A stretch of DNA of 64,000 nucleotides from Ignavibacteria bacterium (GCA_013204605.1 JABMNI010000029.1:3069-67068); one strand, 5' to 3'; shown: positions 19,930 through 29,078, counted from the first letter of the stretch. Translations and numbers: made by a program. Notes: generated by a model not told the origin, from the sequence alone.

Positions 19930-21066
19930 GTGTACATTGATTCCGATACCGAAACCTCACATGTAGATTGGTTAATACTATTGCCAATTGCTGGACTACT
20001 TATGTTCAGCGTGGCATTTGTGTACAGTGCAAGCTCCACATTCTCGGCATTAAAATTTGGTTCATCTGAACAACTATTTTGGAATCACGCCTTTAGAGTA
20101 ATTATTGGCATCGCCCTCATGATATTCGTGGCAAAAATCGACTATCATTTTTGGGAACGGACGTCAGCAACGCTCTTGCTGATTTCAATAGGCTTTCTGC
20201 TAATGGTACTTTTAATGGGTCAAGAAGTGAAGGGGGCTTCACGGTGGGTACGTTTGGGTCCAATAAATTTCCAACCCTCCGAGCTAGCAAAGTTTGCCCT
20301 GGTGTTACACACTGCCGTATTACTTAGTACCAACAGACTGGTAGTTCGCGAGTGGCGTAAAGGAATACTTCCCGTTTTGATGTGGGCTGTGCCTATTTGC
20401 ATTCTTGTAGCAATTCAGCCAAATTTTTCAACTGCATCTGTGGTATTCGTAATCATCATGGTTATGTTGTTTATGGCCGATGTGAAAATGACTCACTTGA
20501 GTCTCATTATGGGCTTAGGGGCCATTTTTGGGGCCATCTACGGGGTGTCTGCTTCGTATCGTATGGACAGGTTGTTAGCGTTCTTTGGCTCGAAGAATGC
20601 CGACGAAGCCGTTAAATATCAGCTGGACCAGGCACTGATAGCTTTTGGAAATGGCGGTATTACCGGCGTCGGTCCGGGTCAAAGCAGACAAAGAGACTGG
20701 TTTTTACCAGAAAGTTATGGTGACTTTATTTTCAGCATTGTGGGCGAGGAATATGGGTTTATTGGTGTAAGCCTATTAGTTGGAGCCTTTGTTCTGGTAG
20801 TTTGGCGAGGTTTTGCAATCGCAAAAAAAGCTCCGGATCCGTTTGGAAGGTTGTTGGCGGGCGGAATAACCACCACCTTAGCAATCTATGCTTTTGTGAA
20901 TGCTGGGGTGACTTGTGGGCTTTTACCAACCACCGGATTACCAATGCCATTTATTTCTTACGGTGGTTCTAGTGTCTTTTTTAGTACTATCGCTGTTGGT
21001 GTTTTGCTCAATATTTCATCTCAGGCTGGGGTGTATCGAAGACGATCCAGAAAAATTCGTACTTAG
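19930..21066 (+). CDS. ftsW: FtsW/RodA/SpoVE SEDS family peptidoglycan polymerase, FtsW-like
   Basis: GASRW...FQPSELAK, QPNFST, GVGPGQSRQ..FLPESYGDFIFSIVGEEYG, GLPMPFISYGGSS. Confidence 0.85.
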   Translation: MYIDSDTETSHVDWLILLPIAGLLMFSVAFVYSASSTFSALKFGSSEQLFWNHAFRVIIGIALMIFVAKIDYHFWERTSATLLLISIGFLLMVLLMGQEVKGASRWVRLGPINFQPSELAKFALVLHTAVLLSTNRLVVREWRKGILPVLMWAVPICILVAIQPNFSTASVVFVIIMVMLFMADVKMTHLSLIMGLGAIFGAIYGVSASYRMDRLLAFFGSKNADEAVKYQLDQALIAFGNGGITGVGPGQSRQRDWFLPESYGDFIFSIVGEEYGFIGVSLLVGAFVLVVWRGFAIAKKAPDPFGRLLAGGITTTLAIYAFVNAGVTCGLLPTTGLPMPFISYGGSSVFFSTIAVGVLLNISSQAGVYRRRSRKIRT

Positions 21067-21098
21067 AACCTAGCCGATTTTTCGTATAATCGTTGTTA

Positions 21099-21512
21099 AT
21101 GGAATCATCAATACAACGTTTGTATTACTCAATTACCGAAGTCAGCAAGATTATCGGTGAGGAACAGCATGTACTTAGGTACTGGGAGCGAGAATTTTCG
21201 CAGCTCAAACCACAGAAGAATCGTGCCGGTAATAGAGTGTACACAAAGAAGGATTTAGAAATTCTTCAAATAATTAAAAAATTGCTTCGAGACGAACGAT
21301 ATACCGTTGCCGGAGCGAAAGATCACCTTCGAACTTTTGGTTCGTTAGGCACTGATCTTGAATTTATCGAAACCGAGGAAGCTCCACAAAGCCCCCTTCA
21401 ACCAAATGCATACTCATCTAATAAAGTTGATCTTGCAGCGTTGAAGAAAATTGTGGGAGAGATTAGGGAGATTTCGGTGGGATTACGTGGTAAGAATGCA
21501 TTGGCTTCATAA
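21099..21512 (+). CDS. MerR-family HTH transcriptional regulator (FCB housekeeping type)
   Basis: YYSITEVS...VLRYWEREF..LKP.KNRAGNRVYT; no metal-binding Cys cluster. Confidence 0.88.
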   Translation: MESSIQRLYYSITEVSKIIGEEQHVLRYWEREFSQLKPQKNRAGNRVYTKKDLEILQIIKKLLRDERYTVAGAKDHLRTFGSLGTDLEFIETEEAPQSPLQPNAYSSNKVDLAALKKIVGEIREISVGLRGKNALAS

Positions 21513-21526
21513 AATTTCGAAAATGT

Positions 21527-22558
21527 ATGAATAATTCAAATTTCAGGGTAAGACGCATGACTAGACAGATGTTAGCATGTATGATTGTTGTGGTAGCACT
21601 TGGATTTACAAGCGCTTTTGCTCAGCAACGTACGTATACTTCTAAGACAATGGGAAAGCACTCAGACGAAGTATTGGGTGTGTTTGTAAATGATGCCAAC
21701 ACTATGGTGGCAACATGCAGTTTGGACGAAACGATTAAACTTTGGTCGCTGCCCGATGGTAAGGAGTTGAAAACACTTACCGGTCACGTTGCCCAAGTGA
21801 ATAACATTTCGTTTTCGGGCGACGATAAACTTCTTGCTAGTGCAAGTAATGATAGAACGATAAGAGTTTGGGACGTTAATACTGGCAGTCAACTGCAGGT
21901 ACTTCGTGGGCACACAGCAGAGGTGATTGGTGTTTACTACAGTCCGGTTGATAATAGCGACATTATTGCCAGCACATCGTTTGATAAAACGATAAAGCTT
22001 TGGGATGCCAAGCTTGGAATAGAATTGAAGACGTTGCGCGGACATACCATGCAGACAAACAACATCGCGTATTCATACGATGGTCGTTTCATTGCATCGT
22101 GCAGCGACGATCGCACGATTATGATTTGGTCGACAGATCTTGCAAAAAAGGACGCTATAATGACGCTGTTGGGTCACGCTGCTCCGGTGTTGACTGTGCT
22201 GTATTCATTCGACTCAAAGTATCTAGCCTCGGCTGATCAAGATGGCGTGATAAAAATTTGGGCGATGCCATCAGGCGAGTTAGTTAGAAGTATCAATGCA
22301 CACACGGATTTGGTTCAAGATGTTGCTTGGGCAGAAGATAATCGAAAGCTTGTGTCGGGCAGCCCAGACAAAACGGTAAAACTTTGGGATGTTGAAACAG
22401 GTCAAAATCATATGACAACGAACGTCGGCGTAGAAGTATGGAGTTTGGATGTTACAAGTAACGCTGGAATTATTGTTATTGGTTGCGCTGATGGTAGTGT
22501 TAGGATGTTAATTGAGACTCGTTCTGAAACGGGCCGTCCAAATTCGAGGGGTAAATAA
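21527..22558 (+). CDS. Secreted WD40-repeat beta-propeller protein
   Basis: Signal peptide (AFA-Q), then about seven canonical repeats GH...V...S.D.TIK.WD. Confidence 0.88.
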   Translation: MNNSNFRVRRMTRQMLACMIVVVALGFTSAFAQQRTYTSKTMGKHSDEVLGVFVNDANTMVATCSLDETIKLWSLPDGKELKTLTGHVAQVNNISFSGDDKLLASASNDRTIRVWDVNTGSQLQVLRGHTAEVIGVYYSPVDNSDIIASTSFDKTIKLWDAKLGIELKTLRGHTMQTNNIAYSYDGRFIASCSDDRTIMIWSTDLAKKDAIMTLLGHAAPVLTVLYSFDSKYLASADQDGVIKIWAMPSGELVRSINAHTDLVQDVAWAEDNRKLVSGSPDKTVKLWDVETGQNHMTTNVGVEVWSLDVTSNAGIIVIGCADGSVRMLIETRSETGRPNSRGK

Positions 22559-22560
22559 TT

Positions 22561-23343
22561 ATGAAAAAGACGACGAGAACAAAACACAGCTCAAGAAATA
22601 CTACGGAAAAGTATATGATGAATTTTAACGCGAAATTGATTGCGCTTCTTTTTGGATTAGTAATATTATTCACCAGCACGTTAAGTCTTTCCGCACAGAG
22701 TGCAATTGGTACAGTAGTAACGTTAACGGGATATATTCTTAACGGCAACAACTTATTGCCTGTTGAGGCTCATTATGCATTGTATGATGCTACGGGAAAG
22801 AAAGTTGGACAGTCTCACACGGCAAATGCGCATGATGGATATCTTGTAACCGGATTACGTTCAGGAGAACAATACCTGATTAAGGTTGAAGATCCGCGCT
22901 ATTTGAAGCAGGAGTTCAAAATTGAAGTTCCTAAGACATCGAAATACGCAGAAATTTCGAAGGACTTTGTTGTAAGACCGATGGAAGTGGGCCGGAAAAT
23001 GGCTATGCAACCCGTACCATTCGACCTTAAAAAGACCGCACTAAAGGTTGGAACTGAACAGGATATGGATGAAGTTGCAAGGATGTTGATTTTGAATCCA
23101 AGCGTAAACGTCGATGTTTTGTGCTATCCGGACGAAAATGGGAATGCCGATGCTATACAGCAAGTCAGTGCTGCTCGCGGAGCATCATTAAAAGCCTTTT
23201 TAATAAAGGCAGGAGTAAGTGCACAGCGTGTTTCAGTTCGCAATGCGGCATCGACCGATCCGATTAACCCTCCGCCGCTTAGAAAAGGCGCCAAAGGCAA
23301 AAGATACGTTGGACCAGCGTATTTGGTCATAACCAAGGTATAA
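22561..23343 (+). CDS. Secreted protein with a carboxypeptidase-regulatory-like beta domain and a degenerate OmpA-like C-terminal domain
   Basis: Signal peptide (LSA-Q), TLTGYIL...GYLVTGL..GEQY.IKV..P.Y, then PVPFD.KKT.L...LILNPSVNVDVLCYPD...SAARG..LKAFL...GV...RV. Confidence 0.6.
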   Translation: MKKTTRTKHSSRNTTEKYMMNFNAKLIALLFGLVILFTSTLSLSAQSAIGTVVTLTGYILNGNNLLPVEAHYALYDATGKKVGQSHTANAHDGYLVTGLRSGEQYLIKVEDPRYLKQEFKIEVPKTSKYAEISKDFVVRPMEVGRKMAMQPVPFDLKKTALKVGTEQDMDEVARMLILNPSVNVDVLCYPDENGNADAIQQVSAARGASLKAFLIKAGVSAQRVSVRNAASTDPINPPPLRKGAKGKRYVGPAYLVITKV

Positions 23344-23369
23344 TCACCTTTTTCAATGAATTTTGGCTC

Positions 23370-23395
23370 AAAACAGCCCCCAAAGGGGCTGTTTT
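23370..23395 (+). terminator. Bidirectional intrinsic terminator
   Basis: Perfect 11-bp inverted repeat AAAACAGCCCC-caaa-GGGGCTGTTTT. Confidence 0.8.
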
Positions 23396-23397
23396 CG

Positions 23398-23405
23398 TAT
23401 ATTTG
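23398..23405 (+). promoter_or_regulatory. Bacteroidota-type -7 promoter box for tRNA-Cys/efp
   Basis: TATATTTG, 9 nt before the tRNA 5' end. Confidence 0.55.
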
Positions 23406-23414
23406 TAGCTGTTC

Positions 23415-23488
23415 GGTCCCGTGGTAGAGTGGCTATACAGAGCTCTGCAAAAGCTCGTACATCGGTTCAAATCCGGTCGGGACCTCCA
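23415..23488 (+). tRNA. tRNA-Cys (GCA)
   Basis: Acceptor stem GGTCCCG/CGGGACC, anticodon arm GAGCT-ctGCAaa-AGCTC, T-loop GGTTCAAATCC, discriminator T, encoded CCA; 74 nt. Confidence 0.96.
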
Positions 23489-23509
23489 TAAATTAATTTC
23501 AAGGCGATC

Positions 23510-24076
23510 ATGTCAACTACGGCAGATTTGAGAGTAGGGGCGGTAATTAGGTATCAAGGCGAGTTGTGTGTGGTTCTTGAATCGCTGCACAGAACACCCG
23601 GGAACCTCCGCGCTTTCTACCAAGTGAAAATGCGCGCAATTAAGACAGGAAAGCTAAAAGAAGAACGCTTCAGATCTGGCGAGTCTATTGAATTTGTGCG
23701 TGTTGAAACGAATAACTACCAGTATCTGTATCAGGATGGTGAGTTGTTCATGTTTATGGAAACCACCACGTATGACCAGATCCCAGTGCAGGACATTATG
23801 GTTGGTGACTCTGCTAAATTCATGAAAGAAGGCACGGAAGTTCAAATTTCTACGGATGAAGAAGGAAATGTAGTCCAAGTTCAGCTTCCTCAACATGTAT
23901 CCTTGGAGATAACTCAAACTGAACCAGGCTTAAAAGGTGATACAGCTACGAATTCATTGAAGTCAGCCACAGTGGAAACCGGTGCCGGCGTTATGGTACC
24001 ATTGTTTGTTAATGAAGGTGATGTTGTGCGAATTGAAACTTCGACAGGAAATTATCTCGATCGCGTTAAGAACTAA
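23510..24076 (+). CDS. efp: Translation elongation factor P
   Basis: HRTPGNLRAF loop, YLYQDG..FMFM..TTYDQ, TEPGLKGDTA, ETG...VPLFV. Confidence 0.95.
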   Translation: MSTTADLRVGAVIRYQGELCVVLESLHRTPGNLRAFYQVKMRAIKTGKLKEERFRSGESIEFVRVETNNYQYLYQDGELFMFMETTTYDQIPVQDIMVGDSAKFMKEGTEVQISTDEEGNVVQVQLPQHVSLEITQTEPGLKGDTATNSLKSATVETGAGVMVPLFVNEGDVVRIETSTGNYLDRVKN

Positions 24077-24119
24077 TAAGCACTCCGGTTCCTGTTTAAT
24101 CAACACTTGAGAGAAAATT

Positions 24120-24620
24120 ATGGATCTGAATTACCTACGTAAACTGCTGAAGATTTTTGACGAAAGTAGTGCTGTTGAACTTTCCATAGAGGAAGAAGGC
24201 GTAAACCTGCACATGGCTAAAGTATCCGAGCACGCTCCTCAACAAATCCAGCCTACGTACATGATGAGTCCGCAACACATGTCTCCAATGCAACAGCAAG
24301 CACCTGCGGCAGCTTTGGCAGGAGTCTCGGCTGATGTAGTTGCTTCGGCGCCAATTATACCTGTTTCTGCCGACGATGCGCTACACAAGGTACTTTCACC
24401 GATTGTGGGAACGTTTTACAGAGCCCCCTCACCAGATGCCGACGCGTTTGTTCAAGTTGGAAGTCACGTTAACGCAGGCGACCCAATTTGTATAGTTGAA
24501 GCAATGAAGCTTCTTAACGAGATTGAATGTGATGTTTCTGGAACCGTAGTTAGAATTCTTGTCGACAATTCACAGCCAGTGGAATACAACCAACCAATGT
24601 TCCTAATAAAAGCAGACTAA
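24120..24620 (+). CDS. accB: Acetyl-CoA carboxylase biotin carboxyl carrier protein
   Basis: [13 protein letters not shown], biotinylation site EAMKLLNEI. Confidence 0.96.
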   Translation: MDLNYLRKLLKIFDESSAVELSIEEEGVNLHMAKVSEHAPQQIQPTYMMSPQHMSPMQQQAPAAALAGVSADVVASAPIIPVSADDALHKVLSPIVGTFYRAPSPDADAFVQVGSHVNAGDPICIVEAMKLLNEIECDVSGTVVRILVDNSQPVEYNQPMFLIKAD

Positions 24621-24633
24621 ATCAAAGGCAACC

Positions 24634-25974
24634 ATGATTAAAAAGCTGCTTATTGCGAACAGAGGCGAAATTGCACTGCGAATAATTCGTGCAGCAAAAG
24701 AGCTGGGTATTAAAACGGTTGCTGTGTATTCAGAAGCGGATAAGCCATCCTTGCATGTAAGATTCGCTGATGAGGCCGTTTGTATTGGCCCCCCGCAAGG
24801 AAAACTGTCTTATCTGAACGTTCCATCTATCATTGCGGCTGCCGAAGTTACTAATGCCGACGCGATACACCCCGGATACGGTTTTTTGGCTGAGAACGCA
24901 ACGTTTGCGGAGATTTGTGGCGATTGTAACATTACCTTCGTTGGTCCCAGTCCGGATGCGATTACTCGAATGGGGAATAAGTCTATCGCAAAAGATACTA
25001 TGCGTGCGGCCGGTGTGCCAGTTGTTCCTGGTTCAGATGGGATTGTGCCCTCAGTAGAACTAGCCCGCAAGGTTGCAGATGAAATAGGATTCCCAGTCAT
25101 GGTGAAAGCCGTTGCAGGTGGTGGTGGCAAGGGAATGCGTTTCGTTGAGACAGCTGACGAACTCGATAGGGCCTATGCGAATGCTAGAGCAGAGGCTGAA
25201 GCTTCGTTTGGTAACGGTGATATTTACATCGAAAAATTCATTGAAGAGCCACGGCACATTGAAATTCAGGTTTTTGCCGATATGCACGGCAACATAGTCC
25301 ATTTAAATGAGCGCGATTGCTCAATTCAGCGCCGACACCAAAAACTCATCGAGGAAGGTCCATCACCTATTCTTACACCTGAATTGCGGCGTGCAATGGG
25401 AGAAGCATCTGTGAAGGGTACGGCCTCTGTGAATTACGTTGGCGCAGGTACAATTGAGTTCTTAGTTGATAAGCATCTCAATTTTTATTTTATGGAAATG
25501 AATACTCGCATTCAAGTTGAACACCCAGTTACGGAACTCATGATGGGTGTAGATTTGATAGCTGAGCAATTACGTGTTGCCTCGGGCGAAACGCTTTCCT
25601 TAAAGCAGCACGATCCAATTAGACATGCAATGGAGTGCCGAATTAATGCTGAGGATCCGTATCATGATTTCCGCCCTTCGCCAGGAAGAATTGAATCGTT
25701 GAACTTCCCAGGTGGACCTGGCGTTCGGGTTGATTCGCATATTTATCAGGGGTACGTTATTCCTCCGCACTACGACAGTATGGTGGCAAAGCTTATCACC
25801 TATGCTCCTACTCGCACAGAGTGTATCTCTAAAATGAAACGGGCTTTGGACGAGTTTGTAATTGAAGGTATTCACACCACCATTCCGTTTCACCGTAAAA
25901 TGATGGACAACCCAGATTTTATTTCCGGTAATTACGACACAAAATATTTAGACACACATGATTGGAAGGCTTAG
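24634..25974 (+). CDS. accC: Acetyl-CoA carboxylase biotin carboxylase
   Basis: [49 protein letters not shown]. Confidence 0.97.
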   Translation: MIKKLLIANRGEIALRIIRAAKELGIKTVAVYSEADKPSLHVRFADEAVCIGPPQGKLSYLNVPSIIAAAEVTNADAIHPGYGFLAENATFAEICGDCNITFVGPSPDAITRMGNKSIAKDTMRAAGVPVVPGSDGIVPSVELARKVADEIGFPVMVKAVAGGGGKGMRFVETADELDRAYANARAEAEASFGNGDIYIEKFIEEPRHIEIQVFADMHGNIVHLNERDCSIQRRHQKLIEEGPSPILTPELRRAMGEASVKGTASVNYVGAGTIEFLVDKHLNFYFMEMNTRIQVEHPVTELMMGVDLIAEQLRVASGETLSLKQHDPIRHAMECRINAEDPYHDFRPSPGRIESLNFPGGPGVRVDSHIYQGYVIPPHYDSMVAKLITYAPTRTECISKMKRALDEFVIEGIHTTIPFHRKMMDNPDFISGNYDTKYLDTHDWKA

Positions 25975-25976
25975 TA

Positions 25977-26354
25977 ATGAACGTACCTGAGGATCTGAAA
26001 TACACTAAGGATCATGAGTGGGTCCGAGTTGAAGGCAATATTGGCACTGTTGGTCTAACCGAACATGCGGTTGGTGAACTAGGCGATGTTGTATATGTGG
26101 ACATTCCTGACGCTACGGCTAGTTTGGCCCAAGGTGACACATTCGGAACGGTAGAAGCGGTTAAAACCGTTGCAGACCTTTATGCACCTGTGGGTGGAAC
26201 ACTAACCGAAGTAAACCCAATTAATGGTGCGCCAGACATTGTGAATAGAGATCCGTATGGAGACGGGTGGCTTGTGAAAATTGAAATGACAGACGCGGGA
26301 GAATTGGATGGTCTTATGAGTGCCGCTGAGTACAAAGCGCACACCGGACAATAA
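25977..26354 (+). CDS. gcvH: Glycine cleavage system H protein
   Basis: KYTKDHEWV, LGDVVYV, lipoyl-Lys EAVKTVADLYAP, DPYGDGW. ATG 25977 preferred. Confidence 0.95.
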   Translation: MNVPEDLKYTKDHEWVRVEGNIGTVGLTEHAVGELGDVVYVDIPDATASLAQGDTFGTVEAVKTVADLYAPVGGTLTEVNPINGAPDIVNRDPYGDGWLVKIEMTDAGELDGLMSAAEYKAHTGQ

Positions 26355-26441
26355 ATTGATGGGTAATTACGTATTCAAATGTCAATCAATCTCTTTATTT
26401 TCACATTAACTCGATCGAGTAAATAACTTTTCGGAAAGAAC

Positions 26442-26864
26442 ATGCAGAAATTTTTAATGGCGATGATTGTTGTAATGTGTGCAATAGGCGGCACTGCCGT
26501 AAATGCGCAAACCAATCAGAGCTCTCTTGCTCCTGCTCCGCAACAACCTGTTATGATTAAGCCAAAAATGAAATTGGCTGACGTTAAAGCAGTAACGCAG
26601 TTCATTGCTGGAGTGGATATCCGTGGTACCGAAGTAGACGCTTACCTCGATACTCGTAAGATTCTAACGGAAACTGCTGAAGCAGCCGCTAAAAGTGGAA
26701 AAAGGGATGAGGATGCTATCGCTGTTGAAATGCGTTTAGATCAGGCTCAAAACCTGTTTACTCTTATGCAACGTGGTCAGTTAAAAGGTGCAGAAGCTGA
26801 AAAATGGCGCGAAATTGTAGCTTCGCTGCAAGAAGCCGTAAAAGCTGCTCAGCCGTCAAAGTAA
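26442..26864 (+). CDS. Hypothetical secreted alpha-helical protein
   Basis: Signal peptide (VNA-Q), own downstream terminator, no recognised family. Confidence 0.7.
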   Translation: MQKFLMAMIVVMCAIGGTAVNAQTNQSSLAPAPQQPVMIKPKMKLADVKAVTQFIAGVDIRGTEVDAYLDTRKILTETAEAAAKSGKRDEDAIAVEMRLDQAQNLFTLMQRGQLKGAEAEKWREIVASLQEAVKAAQPSK

Positions 26865-26888
26865 AACCTCTTTTTACAAAACAATCTT

Positions 26889-26921
26889 AAAGACGCCGGA
26901 TTTATTCCGACGTTTTTTTTT
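26889..26921 (+). terminator. Intrinsic terminator
   Basis: ACGCCGGA/TCCGACGT stem with one mismatch, then a 9-T run. Confidence 0.7.
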
Positions 26922-27355
26922 GTCCGATTTTCACGTTGAGGCTGGGGTAAGCAGCAGTTGCCCGCTTTTCATCGACACTTCAGGTGTGCCATTCCATACA
27001 GTGATAAAGATGAAGCGTACGGTTTTAACAGGTACACAGCCCCATTATTAGATAACTCAAGCGAAGTATTGTTATGCGAGCCCTTCGATTACGAGTAAGA
27101 GCAGCAAGGTAGGTTAAACACGGCCTTGATATGTCTTTACACAGTGGTATGAATAGTATTTACGGCCTGTGTATGACTCTTCGTAAATCTTGGAACTGAC
27201 TTATGCCGCAGAGGTAGTGTAAAACAATTTGGTGGTACAGAGTACCATTTGTTGATTATTCACTTATGTTTGCATTGGAATTACAATTCGTGCTGATGAA
27301 AGACAGTTAGGCATGCAGCATAATCAACTAATGGTCGCTTCGGGGAATCCGTGAT

Positions 27356-27730
27356 ATGGCCAAACGAAAACTTACGCGGGTCACGCAGAGGATCCTCAAG
27401 AAAGACAAGCTAATTGCTTCGGCGGTGCTGTCTTTCAAAGATTATCATTCTGCCCACCCTGAGTTCACGTCTGAGCGGTTACGGGAAGCGATGACGAAGG
27501 TTGACGCTGCATTGAAACTGGAACAGGAAGCTTTGGCTTCGGTTGCCAAGGCCAGAGAAGCAGCAATTCTGGCTGAAGCAAAGTTTCACGATATTGTTTT
27601 GGGAGCAAAGCGCCAGGTAATTGCGCAGTATGGTGACGACTCAGATGAGATAACTACACTCGGAATGAAGAAGAAATCCGAGCGTAAATATGGCCGACCA
27701 AGGAAAGATAAATCCACCGATGGTGGATAG
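27356..27730 (+). CDS. Small basic helical hypothetical protein (FHD.VLGAKRQV.AQYGDDSDE...LGMKKKSERK type)
   Basis: 124 aa, Ala/Glu/Lys-rich helix and basic C-terminal tail. I recall this motif from a widespread uncharacterised family; not checked against a database. Confidence 0.75.
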   Translation: MAKRKLTRVTQRILKKDKLIASAVLSFKDYHSAHPEFTSERLREAMTKVDAALKLEQEALASVAKAREAAILAEAKFHDIVLGAKRQVIAQYGDDSDEITTLGMKKKSERKYGRPRKDKSTDGG

Positions 27731-27805
27731 CATAGGCCCACCAATGGTGGGAAAAGACAAATGCAATGTACTGCCAGCAGCATGGCATGCAGCATAAAGA
27801 GGAAG

Positions 27806-27838
27806 ACGGCTGCTTACCCAGGTAAGCAGCCGTTTTTT
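27806..27838. terminator. Strong hairpin terminator between convergent genes
   Basis: ACGGCTGCTTACC...GGTAAGCAGCCGT perfect inverted repeat followed by Ts. Confidence 0.8.
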
Positions 27839-27882
27839 ATAACCTCAAATTCAACATCAAGCTACAATCTTGATAGCAACAA

Positions 27883-28353
27883 TTACAACGCTTCTACAGC
27901 GGCAAAAATTTCATCGTAATCAGGCTCCACGCCCGGGTTTTCAGTAACATGCACGTGACGAATGACGCCCTCGGCATCGATTACAAAAACTGCGCGCTCG
28001 GAACGGACCAGACCCTCAATGCCTGCGAAGTTTACAAATGGTACGCCATAGGCATTAATTGTAGCCAGTGTATAGTCACTGAGTAACGGAAACGTTAGTC
28101 CGTTGGCAGCCGAAAAGGCGCCATTTGAAAAAATCAGATCTGCCGAGATGGCCAAAACTTCAGCGTTTGCGTTGTTTAAGCGCTGGATAGCCCCCTGAAA
28201 TGAACACAATTCATCCGTACATACTCCGGTAAACGCAGCAGGAAAAAAGCAAAGAATGACATTCTTGCCAAGATAATCGGATAGTGATACTTTTTTACGT
28301 GTTGTGTCTTCGAGTGTAAAATTTGGTGCTTTAGTGCCTACAGCCAATGCCAT
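27883..28353 (-). CDS. Peroxiredoxin (AhpC/TSA, BCP/AhpE-like)
   Basis: FFPAAFTGVCTDELC (PxxxTxxC), SERAVFVID. Confidence 0.9.
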   Translation of the reverse strand: MALAVGTKAPNFTLEDTTRKKVSLSDYLGKNVILCFFPAAFTGVCTDELCSFQGAIQRLNNANAEVLAISADLIFSNGAFSAANGLTFPLLSDYTLATINAYGVPFVNFAGIEGLVRSERAVFVIDAEGVIRHVHVTENPGVEPDYDEIFAAVEAL

Positions 28354-28434
28354 AAGGGTTCCTTGAGGATAGAATGATGTAAATCGTTTGTTACGTAGTT
28401 TGGATCACAAAACTACACCATCTTAGGAACATGC

Positions 28435-28767
28435 ATGAAATACATTTGGCTTATAATAGCATTCTTAGGCTACGCGGTAACGCTGATTCCGATGCTCCAG
28501 TACTCGATTGATACAGGTAATTATTTGTTTTGGTTTGATCCCGCGGCCACAAGCGGTCTGGTTTTTTCTAATATTGGAATAACAGCGTTCTCCGTCGATC
28601 TATTTTTTACCGTCTTCGTTTTACTTGCCTTGATTACTATGGATGCAAGGAAGAAATCAATTCCAAACGTTTGGCGATATTGGGTGATGGCATTGCTTTT
28701 TGGGATGGCGGGTACACTCCCACTTTACATACACGTACGGCAAAAGTATGCTGGAAGAAAGGGGTAG
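28435..28767 (+). CDS. Small membrane protein, DUF2834-like
   Basis: Three to four TM helices, FSVDL, G...LPLY..VR motif. Confidence 0.6.
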   Translation: MKYIWLIIAFLGYAVTLIPMLQYSIDTGNYLFWFDPAATSGLVFSNIGITAFSVDLFFTVFVLLALITMDARKKSIPNVWRYWVMALLFGMAGTLPLYIHVRQKYAGRKG

Positions 28768-28773
28768 GGGGCT

Positions 28774-28998
28774 ATGGAGAAGGAACTAGTTGTAATTGCT
28801 CAGACCACGTTCTCGCACGAAGCGCACATGTTGATTAGTGTGTTGGCAGAGAATGGGGTAGAAGCCTTTATTGGAGACGAGCAAATAGTTAATGTGCTCC
28901 CATCGATATCTGGTATGGCTGGAGGTGTGAAGGTACGAGTTCGGATTGAAGATGTTCAGATTGCGAAAAAAATTCTCGACGCCCCATTTGAACAATAA
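28774..28998 (+). CDS. DUF2007 / putative signal-transducing protein
   Basis: EAHMLISVLAENGVEAFIGD...GGVKVRV..EDV..AKKIL. Confidence 0.8.
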   Translation: MEKELVVIAQTTFSHEAHMLISVLAENGVEAFIGDEQIVNVLPSISGMAGGVKVRVRIEDVQIAKKILDAPFEQ

Positions 28999-29029
28999 AA
29001 AAAAACTACTCAGGAGATACGGGATGTTC

Positions 29030-29037
29030 TATCTTTG
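29030..29037 (+). promoter_or_regulatory. Bacteroidota-type -7 promoter box
   Basis: TATCTTTG, 41 nt upstream of the permease ATG. Confidence 0.45.
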
Positions 29038-29078
29038 CCGTAGGTACTCAGTTAACTAAACCAACAACGGGATCTTGA

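Noticed and set aside
21099-21512. Metal-resistance MerR regulon
   Set aside because: No metal-binding Cys/His cluster and no efflux or reductase neighbours; matches the common FCB housekeeping MerR type.
26941-27838. Autonomous IS or transposon
   Set aside because: No transposase or recombinase ORF and no clear target-site duplication outside the inverted 11-mers.
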